Origin: an uncultured delta proteobacterium | GTDB taxonomy: Bacteria > Desulfobacterota > Syntrophia > Syntrophales > Smithellaceae | Reading direction: 5' to 3' | Assembly: GCA_963851005.1 (NCBI GenBank) | Contig: CAWKNI010000007.1 | Span: forward strand, 1,630,904-1,694,903 | DNA: 64,000 nt | Shown here: one piece after another, positions 49,086 to 58,379 of the stretch | Layout: each line of letters opens with the position of its first letter | Position numbering within the stretch: the stretch's first letter is position 1 | Translations under genes and position numbers: made by a program | Notes under the pieces: generated by a model | Told to the model about the DNA's origin: nothing | Database searches by the model: none | Seen by the model: only the letters and a program-made list of their open reading frames with translations

Positions 49086-50774
49086 TTAACCTTTTCTTTT
49101 CTTTAATTCCTCCGCGCGTAATTCTTTGCGTAGTACTTTTCCTACAGTGCTCTTGGGCAATTCTTTGCGGAACTCAACTTCCGTCGGCAGTTTATAAGCT
49201 GCCAGATGAGCCTTGCCGTATTCAATCATATCCTGCGCCGTAGCCGTCTCACCCTCCTTGAGAACGACAAAGAGTTTCACGTTCTCTCCGCGTTTCGCAT
49301 CGGGGATACCGATAGAACACGCTTCCTGAACTTTTGGATTTCCATAATAGACTTCGTCGATATCACGGGGATAGACGTTGTAGCCGCCGGAAATGATCAT
49401 GTCTTTCTTACGATCAACGATATAGAAATAACCGTCTTCATCCATTGTGGCGATGTCGCCCGTATACATCCAGCCATCCTTTAGAACATTGGCCGTTTCT
49501 TCAGGCTTTCCCTTGTACCCCCTCATTATCTGAGGCCCCTTGACGATCAATTCACCGGGTTTGCCGAAGGGTATGTCCGTCACACCGTCATCAAGATCGA
49601 CGATTCGGGACAGGGTATCGGAAATGGGAAGACCAACACTGCCAACCTTCTGTTTCCCATTGAAAGGATTAGTATGAGTGACCGGACTTGTTTCCGTCAT
49701 ACCAAAACCTTCGGAGATGTAAGCCCCTGTCAGTTTCTGGAATTCATGAATGACCTCCACGGGAAGAGGCGCGCTTCCGGAAAAAGCTCCCTTTATACAG
49801 CTCATGTCCGTTTTCTTCAGATCGGGATGGTTCAGCATGCCGATATACATGGTCGGCACAAGAGGTGTAAAGGTCGGTCTGTAGGTTCGGATTGCCTCCA
49901 GCAGCGGTTCCGGCTGGGGACGGGGGATGAGGATCTGATTCCACCCATCGTAAACGGCCAGGTTCATGGAACAGGAAAGTCCGAATACATGGAAATAGGG
50001 CAGAGCACCAAGTATGGTTTCATTCCCTCTTCCAAAGGTCGGGAACCAAGCGGCAATTTGCTGGATTTGCTTGCTGAGATTTCCATGGGTCAGCATAACC
50101 CCCTTGGATACTCCAGTTGTTCCTCCGGTATACTGATACATGGCAATATCGTCGAAGGTGAGTTTTACTTTCGGCGGATTGGGCTGGTACTTGGAGATGC
50201 AATCCATCCAACGATAGACGTCCGGAGCAGCCTTCACATCAGCGAAGGGGAATTTCTTCAGTTTTTTTCCGAGAAACCTTTTAATAGGATTAAGGAAGTC
50301 GCCGATACCCATGTAAACGATCTGTTTGATCTTAGTTTTGGGCCGCAGATCGATCATGCGATTGCCGAGGGCATCAAGAGTGATGAGGACTTTGGAATCG
50401 GAATCCTTAAACTGATGTTCCAACTCCGGATCCGAATAAAGAGGATTATTCATGACAACGATGGCGCCTATCTTCAAAATAGAATAGTAGGCGACAACGC
50501 AAGAAATACTATTGGGCAGGAGAATCGATACCGCATCCCCTTTCTTGATACCGAATTCCGTCAGACAGGTAGCGAAACGATCCACCTGATCCTTGAACTG
50601 GCGGTATGTCAGCTTATAGCCGACAAACACCATCGCTGTATTATCGGGAAAATCTTTTGCCGATCGTTCGAGATAGTCCGGCATGGTGAGTTCTTCGTAT
50701 TTGATGCTTTCCGGAACACCTTTATCGTACGATTTCAACCAAGGCTTACTTTCATAACTTAGATTTGTCGCCAT
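49086..50774 (-). CDS. Long-chain-fatty-acid--CoA ligase (AMP-dependent synthetase)
   Basis: 562 aa with YTGGTTGVSKGVMLTH (AMP-binding motif), GYGMTE-like EGFGMTET, YTGDIA and PKSTVGKVLRKEL. Confidence 0.9.
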   Translation of the reverse strand: MATNLSYESKPWLKSYDKGVPESIKYEELTMPDYLERSAKDFPDNTAMVFVGYKLTYRQFKDQVDRFATCLTEFGIKKGDAVSILLPNSISCVVAYYSILKIGAIVVMNNPLYSDPELEHQFKDSDSKVLITLDALGNRMIDLRPKTKIKQIVYMGIGDFLNPIKRFLGKKLKKFPFADVKAAPDVYRWMDCISKYQPNPPKVKLTFDDIAMYQYTGGTTGVSKGVMLTHGNLSKQIQQIAAWFPTFGRGNETILGALPYFHVFGLSCSMNLAVYDGWNQILIPRPQPEPLLEAIRTYRPTFTPLVPTMYIGMLNHPDLKKTDMSCIKGAFSGSAPLPVEVIHEFQKLTGAYISEGFGMTETSPVTHTNPFNGKQKVGSVGLPISDTLSRIVDLDDGVTDIPFGKPGELIVKGPQIMRGYKGKPEETANVLKDGWMYTGDIATMDEDGYFYIVDRKKDMIISGGYNVYPRDIDEVYYGNPKVQEACSIGIPDAKRGENVKLFVVLKEGETATAQDMIEYGKAHLAAYKLPTEVEFRKELPKSTVGKVLRKELRAEELKKRKG

Positions 50775-50849
50775 TGTTTACTACCCTCCCTTTCTTAATT
50801 TTTTATATCGAGTCTTATACTCCGTTGTGAGAAAAAATAAAACAAATTT

Positions 50850-51130
50850 TTAATGAGACTCACTGACAATAGAAAGCGTTAGTTGTAGTGAGACTCAAAT
50901 TTCATAAGTGCAGTATAATGAAATTTGTAAGTCGAACTATCCAATAGCCAAAGGCTATTGGAAACAATCCCGCGAAGCAGAGTGGGATTGAGACTCGCCG
51001 ATAATGAGACCCAAGCTTCAGAAACAAAGTGAACTGAAGCTTGCTGGACGAATTATACCAGGCGCATAGCGCCGTGGTAAAATGAGTGTAACGAATTACC
51101 AAATACCCTAAAGGGCACCATGGGGTTAAC
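50850..51130. repeat. Mosaic block of REP-like units
   Basis: It contains taatgagact/tagtgagactc/attgagactc reiterations, the palindrome ccaatagccaaaggctattgg, and units shared with 7130-7300 and 38740-38860. Confidence 0.75.
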
Positions 51131-51312
51131 CTACCACAATAGTTGGCAGGGAAGCGTAGGGGGATAATTTACACCCTTCGCTCGTCTCTTTTTCCCGGCG
51201 ACCGGTCCAAAAAAATAATTGAAATAAAATAAATTAGGCATATATTTAAGCACACAGTTTTAAAATACATTGTTTGCCGAGTGATCCATAAAATAAAAAT
51301 TCGAGGTGAACT

Positions 51313-51813
51313 ATGAAGAAGAAAGATTATCTTCGGCTGGTATTGATTCTGGCCATCTTTTTTTTAGCCTTGGGTGGTTGGCTGCTTCATCTGCGGATAC
51401 ATCCACTTGTCAAAGACGCGGGGAATTACATACCCTTCGTGGCAGGGTTTATCAGCATAATCGTCATTCCTATCTTATTTATTTTTCGATCAACAATTCC
51501 TTTTGCTTATCTTCTTAATGGCATGACGGTAATCATCGGCTCAATCACTATGGCTCATTTTTCCATTAAACATCCACCGCAAATATGGACTCTGCAGACA
51601 ATCTTCATGGGAACGCTTCTGGCTGATATAATTCTTCTTTGGGGTAAATTTGCCGTGGGCATAGCCCTTTTTGATCTTGATCCTGTGATAAGCCGACCTG
51701 ACGCGCCGATGCGCAGCGGTAGACTTTTCCGTTTTCCTAATATGGGCTTTTGGTTTGCGCATCTCGTCACGTTAACTGCCGTTTACATTATCGGCAGTTA
51801 TTTATGGAAATAG
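51313..51813 (+). CDS. Integral membrane protein, function unknown
   Basis: 166 aa with 4-5 hydrophobic segments. Confidence 0.55.
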   Translation: MKKKDYLRLVLILAIFFLALGGWLLHLRIHPLVKDAGNYIPFVAGFISIIVIPILFIFRSTIPFAYLLNGMTVIIGSITMAHFSIKHPPQIWTLQTIFMGTLLADIILLWGKFAVGIALFDLDPVISRPDAPMRSGRLFRFPNMGFWFAHLVTLTAVYIIGSYLWK

Positions 51814-51825
51814 GAGGAGGGCGTC

Positions 51826-51912
51826 ATGAAATATTTTATGTTATTCCAGCCGGGCTGGTGGATATTACATGTTCTGGCAATTTTACTGCTGCTCCTAATC
51901 GGTCATCTATAA
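51826..51912 (+). CDS. Possible 28-aa hydrophobic peptide (not in the ORF track)
   Basis: An aggaggagg RBS lies 5 nt upstream. The peptide is MKYFMLFQPGWWILHVLAILLLLLIGHL, and the gene is coupled to the preceding membrane-protein gene. Confidence 0.35.
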   Translation: MKYFMLFQPGWWILHVLAILLLLLIGHL

Positions 51913-51942
51913 ACGGCTAAGTCGTGGATGCCCTCGCGTGAC

Positions 51943-51970
51943 CCCTATAGTGACCTTTAGGTTATTCGCC
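51943..51970. repeat. REP-like unit 'cccctatagtgacctttaggttattcgcc'
   Basis: Matches 7250-7274 and partially 38809-38827. Confidence 0.7.
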
Positions 51971-52091
51971 GGGTGCTACTCCGAAAGAAATTTTTTCTTG
52001 TCCTGCGCCCCTTTCACCTTGTTCCCTGCTCATTATATTCAAAAATTTATCTTGCTAAATATATAAAAACTTATATAATTGACGCGTGACT

Positions 52092-52406
52092 ATGAAATTA
52101 TTAAAATTTGTCGGCTCTAGTTTGGATGATCTACGGGATTTCCCGGAAGAAGCACGTCGTGCTACAGGTTTTGAACTTCGTGCCCTTCAGGATGGATTCG
52201 AACCACGAGATTGTAAGTTTGTTAGAGTTGTCGGGACTGGTGCAAAAGAAATCCGCATTCATGTTCTGGGCGAATGGCGGGTAATTTATGTCGCCAAGAT
52301 TCGTTATGCTATTTATGTATTACATGCATTTCAAAAGAAAACTCAAAAAACGAACCAATGTGATATCGAACTGGCTCGTAAAAGATACAAGCAAATTGGA
52401 GAGTAA
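52092..52406 (+). CDS. Type II toxin, RelE/HigB superfamily (Gp49-like)
   Basis: About 104 aa. LDDLRDFPEEARR...G.KEIRI...EWRVIYVAK....IYVLHAFQKKTQKT is the Gp49/HigB-type pattern. The toxin gene lies upstream of the HTH partner. Confidence 0.75.
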   Translation: MKLLKFVGSSLDDLRDFPEEARRATGFELRALQDGFEPRDCKFVRVVGTGAKEIRIHVLGEWRVIYVAKIRYAIYVLHAFQKKTQKTNQCDIELARKRYKQIGE

Positions 52407-52409
52407 TTT

Positions 52410-52694
52410 ATGAAAAAATCAATTACAGAATCATCGGGCAATGTATTTATTGATTTAGGATACTCACAGGATGAGGCCTCGATTTTGCAAATGCGAGCCG
52501 ATTTGATGGCTGATATCCGAAAATTTATTAAAACAAAAAAACTCACACAAGCCACAGCGGCAAAGATTTTCGGTGTCAGTCAATCGCGTGTTTCAGATTT
52601 AATTACAGGCAAATGGGAAAAGTTCAGCCTTGAAATGCTGATTTCGCTTGTAACCAAAACCGGCATGCATGTTAAGTTGAAGATAGCCGCATAG
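52410..52694 (+). CDS. XRE-family HTH antitoxin (HigA-like)
   Basis: 94 aa with LTQATAAKIFGVSQSRVSDLITGK as the HTH. It starts 3 nt after the toxin stop codon. Confidence 0.75.
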   Translation: MKKSITESSGNVFIDLGYSQDEASILQMRADLMADIRKFIKTKKLTQATAAKIFGVSQSRVSDLITGKWEKFSLEMLISLVTKTGMHVKLKIAA

Positions 52695-52884
52695 GTTTAT
52701 GTAGAGCCTCGTCTGTCATTGCGAGGAGCGCCTTGCGCTCCGTGGCAATCAAATATTTATCTTTTTACTCTTCACCCTTCACCTCTGCCCTGACACATTT
52801 AACTCTTGAACTATTCTCAATAAATTGCTAAGGAATCTAAAGCTTCTAAAAAACAAACCAACACTCCTTTTGTAAGATTTGCCT

Positions 52885-53274
52885 ATGATTGAAAATACCA
52901 TAGCAGTATGGCACAAACTGATTGAAACGAAGGATGCAGCCGGATTGGAAAATATTCTGGCTGATAATGTTGTCTTCCATTCTCCGATTGTTCATACACC
53001 GCAAGAGGGAAAGCCAATCACCAAACTTTATCTTACCGCGGCATTTTATGTTTTCAATAACGACAGCTTTAAATATTTAAGAGAAGTCATTTCCGGCAAC
53101 AATGCCGTTCTGGAATTTACCACAGTGATAGACGGAATCACCGTTAATGGCGTGGACATGATTACCTGGGGCGCTGATGGCAGAATTACCGAATTTAAGG
53201 TAATGGTTCGCCCGCTCAAAGCCATCAACCTAATCCATCGCATGATGGGCGAGATGCTGGAGAAGATTAAATGA
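52885..53274 (+). CDS. NTF2/SnoaL-like fold protein
   Basis: About 129 aa. The pattern W..L......L..ILADNVVFHSP fits SnoaL-like proteins. Confidence 0.5.
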   Translation: MIENTIAVWHKLIETKDAAGLENILADNVVFHSPIVHTPQEGKPITKLYLTAAFYVFNNDSFKYLREVISGNNAVLEFTTVIDGITVNGVDMITWGADGRITEFKVMVRPLKAINLIHRMMGEMLEKIK

Positions 53275-53396
53275 ACATTGCGAGTATATTTAACGTGATT
53301 TTAAAAATGTATTTTAAAAATAGGGTACTGTCTCTATTTAACAACTTCACCAGTCATGTAATTTACTGCATAATAATATATTTTTAGGAGGAAGCT

Positions 53397-54731
53397 ATGA
53401 GCCCCCAAAATGAAGCTCACTCAAATATTGTACAGGGAAGACCAAGCAAAGAGTTATTCATTAATATGTTAATTCGTGATATCTCTTTAATTGATGCAAT
53501 AAGTGATTTAGTTGATAACTGTGTGGATGGAGCTGTTAACTTACGTGGGAAGAAGAAATTTACAGGTTTAGAAATTGATATTACTGTAAAAGACAATTGC
53601 TTCAAGATAAAAGATAATTGCGGTGGAATAGATAAAGAATTGGCACAGAACTATGCTTTTCGTTTCGGTAGACCGTCAAAAACCCCTCAAATAGATTATT
53701 CAGTTGGTCAATTTGGAATCGGCATGAAAAGAGCATTGTTTAAAATGGGTAAGCATTTTGAAATAAAATCCACTTCTGCTAAAACATCTTTTACTATTGA
53801 AATTCCCGTTAAAAAATGGAGTGAAAAAGAAAATGAGTGGGATTTTGAATTTAAAACTGTTACAGAAAAAAGTGCTTTATTATCAGAATGTGGAACAGAA
53901 ATAATAGTAACTTCATTAAAAGAGGATGTAATAGAAAGATTCAAGCAGCAAAATTTCCTATCTGAATTAAAAAACAAATTAGAGCTTCAGCATTTAATTA
54001 ATCTTTCAAAGGGATTAATAATAAAAATTAACAACTATTCTGTCAAGTCAAATCGATTGGAATTATACGATGGCAATAAATTTACAACTGCATATTGGGA
54101 AAAAAAATTTAAAATATATGGTCATACGGATGTTAAGATATATGCTGGGATAGGCACACAAAAGCTTGATAGGGGTGGATGGTATATTTTTTGTAATAAC
54201 AGACTTATACAAGGTCCTGAACAGACGGAGATTAGTGGATGGGGTGCAAAAACTCCAGTAAAAATACCTGAATATCATAGCCAGTTTAATGGATTTAGAG
54301 GTATCGTTCTTTTTGAATCAAAAGAACCATCCTTTTTGCCATGGAACACCTCAAAAACCAGCGTGGATATTGATTCGCAATTATATCAGAATGTAAAACA
54401 TGAAATGATTTGTCTAATGAGGCCTGTAATTGATTTTCTTAATGAAGTCCACAAGGAGAGCACGGCATTTCATAATAAGAAATTAGCAGATAAATATTTG
54501 CAAAATGAAATAGATTCAGCCCCTTTAAAAAACTATATAGATGTTAAAACATCCTCGGTATTTTCAGCGCCATCTCAAAAACAAAAGACCAAAGAAAAAA
54601 ATGAAGTTAAAATAAGCTATCTTAGAAGCGAAGGCAAAGTTGAAAAGTTGAAAATATTCTTTAATGTCTCATCACCAAAACAAGTTGGAGAAAAAACATT
54701 TGATTATGTTTATGATCGGGAGTGCAAATAA
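53397..54731 (+). CDS. GHKL-superfamily ATPase (HATPase_c_3 / MORC-MutL-like)
   Basis: The Bergerat-fold boxes are an N-box DLVDNCVDGA, G1 KDNCGGI and G2 VGQFGIGMKRALF. The protein is 444 aa and the gene is AT-rich. Confidence 0.75.
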   Translation: MSPQNEAHSNIVQGRPSKELFINMLIRDISLIDAISDLVDNCVDGAVNLRGKKKFTGLEIDITVKDNCFKIKDNCGGIDKELAQNYAFRFGRPSKTPQIDYSVGQFGIGMKRALFKMGKHFEIKSTSAKTSFTIEIPVKKWSEKENEWDFEFKTVTEKSALLSECGTEIIVTSLKEDVIERFKQQNFLSELKNKLELQHLINLSKGLIIKINNYSVKSNRLELYDGNKFTTAYWEKKFKIYGHTDVKIYAGIGTQKLDRGGWYIFCNNRLIQGPEQTEISGWGAKTPVKIPEYHSQFNGFRGIVLFESKEPSFLPWNTSKTSVDIDSQLYQNVKHEMICLMRPVIDFLNEVHKESTAFHNKKLADKYLQNEIDSAPLKNYIDVKTSSVFSAPSQKQKTKEKNEVKISYLRSEGKVEKLKIFFNVSSPKQVGEKTFDYVYDRECK

Positions 54732-54733
54732 TA

Positions 54734-55717
54734 ATGACCACAAGTTACGACAGAATTAATTATAATCTACGCCCGGCTAAAACAATTGAACGCAAAATGC
54801 TATGTGAAGCATTCAGGAAATTATTAAATTTTTCTGATTTGACCAAGTATAGATATGTTGGGTTTGGCTCCACATTTTTTACAGATTTCTCCCTTATACA
54901 TAAATCTCTCGGATTAAATGATTTGATAAGTATCGAAAAAGAAATTAAAGACAAAAACAGGTTTAGATTCAATTGCCCTTATAAGTGTATTCGCTTGCTT
55001 TTTGGAGATGCAAATGACGTACTGCCCACGATTGGTTGGGCAAAGAAAATTATTCTTTGGCTTGATTACGATTATTCATTGAGAGAAAGCATGATTACTG
55101 ATGTCGGCACCTTTATATCGCGAGCACAAACAGGGAGCATTATATTATTAACGATGGATGTTAGCCCCGATAAATTGCCGAATAAACATGACGAAAAAAC
55201 AAGATACGAGCAATTAGAAGACCGAATTAATAAATCAAAAATACCAATTGATGTTGAAGAAAAGGATTTAGATAAAGAAAATTATCCGAGAGTTTGTTAT
55301 AATATAGTAAATAACGAAATTGATCAAGTTCTAGCAAGAAGAAACTGGGGACTTGGTAAAAAATACAAATTAAAATATAAGCAACTTTTTAATTTTTTAT
55401 ATAAAGATGGATCTTCTCCAATGCTAAGCATTGGTGGTATCGTTTATTCAAACAATGATGAGGATAAAATAAAGAAATGTAATTTTGAAGGATTAGCTTT
55501 TACTAAATGCAAAAAAGATAAATATGAACCCTATAAAATTGTTGTACCTATTCTTACTTTTGGAGAAATGCGTTATTTAGATAAAAATTTAACATTGCAT
55601 AGAATATCGAAATTAGGAAAAAATAAAAATTTAAAATTTCTATCAAAAGAAATGGTGGAAGAATATAGTAAAATACATAGATATTTTCCAAATTTTGTGG
55701 AAGCAGAAATGCATTAA
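54734..55717 (+). CDS. Uncharacterised 327-aa protein, middle gene of the ATPase-methylase operon
   Basis: The ATG lies 2 nt after the upstream stop codon (TAATAATG). No family is recognised. The motif series YVGFGS / ISIEKE / FGDANDV / LWLDYDY resembles a Rossmann/methyltransferase-like fold. Confidence 0.6.
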   Translation: MTTSYDRINYNLRPAKTIERKMLCEAFRKLLNFSDLTKYRYVGFGSTFFTDFSLIHKSLGLNDLISIEKEIKDKNRFRFNCPYKCIRLLFGDANDVLPTIGWAKKIILWLDYDYSLRESMITDVGTFISRAQTGSIILLTMDVSPDKLPNKHDEKTRYEQLEDRINKSKIPIDVEEKDLDKENYPRVCYNIVNNEIDQVLARRNWGLGKKYKLKYKQLFNFLYKDGSSPMLSIGGIVYSNNDEDKIKKCNFEGLAFTKCKKDKYEPYKIVVPILTFGEMRYLDKNLTLHRISKLGKNKNLKFLSKEMVEEYSKIHRYFPNFVEAEMH

Positions 55718-55721
55718 TAAG

Positions 55722-56909
55722 ATGACTAAAACAAGTAAACATAAAGTTATTGATTTGTTTTCTGGCGCTGGAGGTTTTGGTTTGGGATTCAAAATGTCCG
55801 GATATGATGTGTTTTTTTCTCTAGAAATAGATAAATGGGCAACAGATACATTGCTAGAAAATCAAGACGATGGGATGATAATACTTCAAGACGACATTAG
55901 AAAGTATAAAACAAAAAATGATATTTTAGATGTTTGTAAAAAAATTCCCGATATTATAATAGGTGGCCCACCTTGCCAAGGATTCAGTAATGCTGGGTCA
56001 TTTAAGCGAGACTCAAATGACCCAAGAAATTTGCTTTTTAAGGATTTTGCCAATTGGGTTCAAAACTTGGAGCCCACCGTTTTTATAATGGAGAATGTGA
56101 AAGGAATATTATCAAGATATAATTCAGAAGGTGTTAAGATGATTGAAGTGATAAAAGAAACATTTTCCGACATAGGATATAGTAATTTAAACATCTGGAC
56201 TTTAAATGCAGCAGAATATGGTGTTCCACAATTGAGAGAACGTGTATTTATTGTTGGGCACAAGAAAAATTTAACCATAGAAGCCCCGCTCAAAACACAT
56301 TATATAGATAAGAAAATAAAAGGCTTAAAAAAAGCGGTTACCGTTAAAGCAGCAATTTCTGATTTACCAAAAATCAATGCATCTGAAGGTCAAGAAGTCC
56401 AACGTTATGAGAAGAAGCCAGCATCTGAATATCAAGTTTGGGCAAGAGGAAATCAAAGAATGATATACAATCACATTGCTATGAAGCATACTAAGCGTAT
56501 TATTGAAAGATTTAGTCATATTAATATTGGAGAATCGGTTTCTCGTGTTTCCATAGAATATAAAGAACGAAAGAGAAATGGCAATGGCGAAATTTCCGAA
56601 CAGTCATATAATATGAATAATCGTAGGCTTGATCCTAATAAACCATCTTATACTATTCCAGCATCATTTTATTCTAGTTTTATTCATCCTAACCAAAACA
56701 GAAATATAACTGCAAGAGAAGCGGCGCGTTTACAATCTTTTCCTGATAAATATAGATTTATGGGGAAAAGGACTCTTATATCCTCTAAGTTATCAAAAAA
56801 AAATGGGCATTCTGATTACAACTGTTTATCTCAATATAATCAAATTGGTAATGCGGTCCCGCCTATTTTATCTAAAGTTATTGCCGAACATATAAGTTTG
56901 TTTCTATAG
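55722..56909 (+). CDS. dcm: DNA (cytosine-5)-methyltransferase
   Basis: Motif I DLFSGAGGFGLGF, IV GGPPCQGFS, VI ENVKG, VIII QLRERVFIVG, IX REAARLQSFPD and X GNAVPP. Confidence 0.92.
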   Translation: MTKTSKHKVIDLFSGAGGFGLGFKMSGYDVFFSLEIDKWATDTLLENQDDGMIILQDDIRKYKTKNDILDVCKKIPDIIIGGPPCQGFSNAGSFKRDSNDPRNLLFKDFANWVQNLEPTVFIMENVKGILSRYNSEGVKMIEVIKETFSDIGYSNLNIWTLNAAEYGVPQLRERVFIVGHKKNLTIEAPLKTHYIDKKIKGLKKAVTVKAAISDLPKINASEGQEVQRYEKKPASEYQVWARGNQRMIYNHIAMKHTKRIIERFSHINIGESVSRVSIEYKERKRNGNGEISEQSYNMNNRRLDPNKPSYTIPASFYSSFIHPNQNRNITAREAARLQSFPDKYRFMGKRTLISSKLSKKNGHSDYNCLSQYNQIGNAVPPILSKVIAEHISLFL

Positions 56910-57065
56910 AACTAAAACTTGGCATCAAATATTTTTTTAATAATCACAATCGACGAACCACGCAAGCTCTTGTCAGTAACTGGATTCCCTAGTCAAGCTA
57001 GGGAATGACAGGAATAAAAAGTTAATAGATGCCCAGTTGGCAGCCGGTGGAAAACTAGCACATGG

Positions 57066-57186
57066 GGCTGTTCAAAAATGTCCAGATGCAAGACGCGCAA
57101 AAAACCGAACCGCGAAGCGTATATTAACATACGTTGAGCGGTGCGATTTGCAGCGCAACACAGCAGAAGAGCGTTTTTCAGCAGCC
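57066..57186. repeat. ~121-bp TIR-bounded element related to the 129-bp family
   Basis: The ends are ggctgttcaaaaatg...cgtttttcagcagcc, with 12/15 positions inverted. The central gcgtatattaacatacgttgag parallels gcgtattgtacatacgttgag of the 129-bp repeat. Confidence 0.55.
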
Positions 57187-57219
57187 CTACAGTGCCTAAT
57201 TTAATTTAGGAGGATCAAC

Positions 57220-57411
57220 ATGACAACAACTTCCGTAACAGAAAAAGATAAGAAAATGGCCCAGCGTTGTGTTGAATGTAAGGTATGCACACGCGCAAGA
57301 AAGAAGCAGCGAGGGTTCGCATACTGGTTTGTCAAGACTATCGAGCATGGCATATGCCCATACTGCGCGGCGTATGAAAGGGTTTACGGGAAGAAGGCCC
57401 ATGAGGCTTGA
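57220..57411 (+). CDS. Small Cys-rich (zinc-ribbon-like) protein
   Basis: An aggagg RBS lies 6 nt upstream. The 63-aa protein contains CVECKVC...CPYC. Confidence 0.5.
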   Translation: MTTTSVTEKDKKMAQRCVECKVCTRARKKQRGFAYWFVKTIEHGICPYCAAYERVYGKKAHEA

Positions 57412-57432
57412 TAGAAGAGTTGTAAAAGGTAT

Positions 57433-57471
57433 CCACCTCCGTCATGGCGTGACACCTCCGCCAGCGGAGGA
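57433..57471. repeat. REP-like unit, inverted copy of 13816-13854
   Basis: ccacctccgtcatggcgtgacacctccgccagcggagga versus tcctccgctggcggaggtgtcacgcagtgacggaggtgg. Confidence 0.8.
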
Positions 57472-57521
57472 CAGGGAATGACAGAGGAATGATTTAACAG
57501 GCGCGTAAGGCGGCGCTGGTT

Positions 57522-58379
57522 ATGGTAAGTTTTCCCGAAAAATTAATCGATTTTCATGTGCATCTGTTTCCGGATAAGCTTTTTGACGCCATCTGGGATT
57601 CCTTTAATAAAATTTACAACTGGAACATAATTCACCGATATTATTACAAGGAGTGCATCGCACGTCTGAGGCAATCAGGCGTCGGTACCATCGTGTATTC
57701 CAACTATGCTCACCGTGCCGGTATCGCAGAAGGACTGAACCGGTGGAACATAAAAATCCTTGAGGAATATGAAGATATTTATTGTTTCGCGGCGTATCAT
57801 CCGAACGATGATAACGCGCTGGAAATGGCAGAAAGGCTTCTTGAAAATCCGAAGATACTTGGGTTCAAGCTTCATCATCTTGTCCAGAATTTTTATCCGT
57901 GCGACGCGCGTCTTTTTCCCCTGTACGAAATGGTAATCAGAAAAAATAAACACATGTTGTTTCACACGGGAACGGGACCGGTGGGTAATAAATATGTTGG
58001 CCTGGAGCATTTCATGAAGGTGGTAAAAAAATTACCGGAACTTCCCGCAACTGTTGCCCATCTGGGGGCTTATGAATTCGCCGGTTTCTTCGAGCTTCTG
58101 GACTGGTGTCCGCGATTGTACCTTGACACCGCCTTCTGTTTTATGTCGCCGCCTTACGAGGGATATAATCTGGGCGCTGATTATCTGGAAAAATATAAAT
58201 CAAGAATTTTATACGGGTCGGATTATCCGAACCTGATAATGCAGCGGGAGGAAGAGATTGAAAACCTCCTGAAAATGGGCCTCTCGCAGGAATTTTATGA
58301 TAAAATATTTTATGATAATGGCACTGCCCTTATCCGTTCTCTGACTGGAAAAATTCAGTCAAAACGTGGGGGCATTTAA
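57522..58379 (+). CDS. Amidohydrolase-2 family metal-dependent hydrolase (TIM barrel)
   Basis: IDFHVHLFP (HxH metal site), HTGTG and YGSDYP. Confidence 0.7.
   Translation: MVSFPEKLIDFHVHLFPDKLFDAIWDSFNKIYNWNIIHRYYYKECIARLRQSGVGTIVYSNYAHRAGIAEGLNRWNIKILEEYEDIYCFAAYHPNDDNALEMAERLLENPKILGFKLHHLVQNFYPCDARLFPLYEMVIRKNKHMLFHTGTGPVGNKYVGLEHFMKVVKKLPELPATVAHLGAYEFAGFFELLDWCPRLYLDTAFCFMSPPYEGYNLGADYLEKYKSRILYGSDYPNLIMQREEEIENLLKMGLSQEFYDKIFYDNGTALIRSLTGKIQSKRGGI

Noticed and set aside
49674-50762. 362-aa plus-strand ORF
   Set aside because: It is entirely antisense to the well-supported acyl-CoA ligase gene (49086-50774). It has no recognisable motifs and shows typical shadow-ORF composition.
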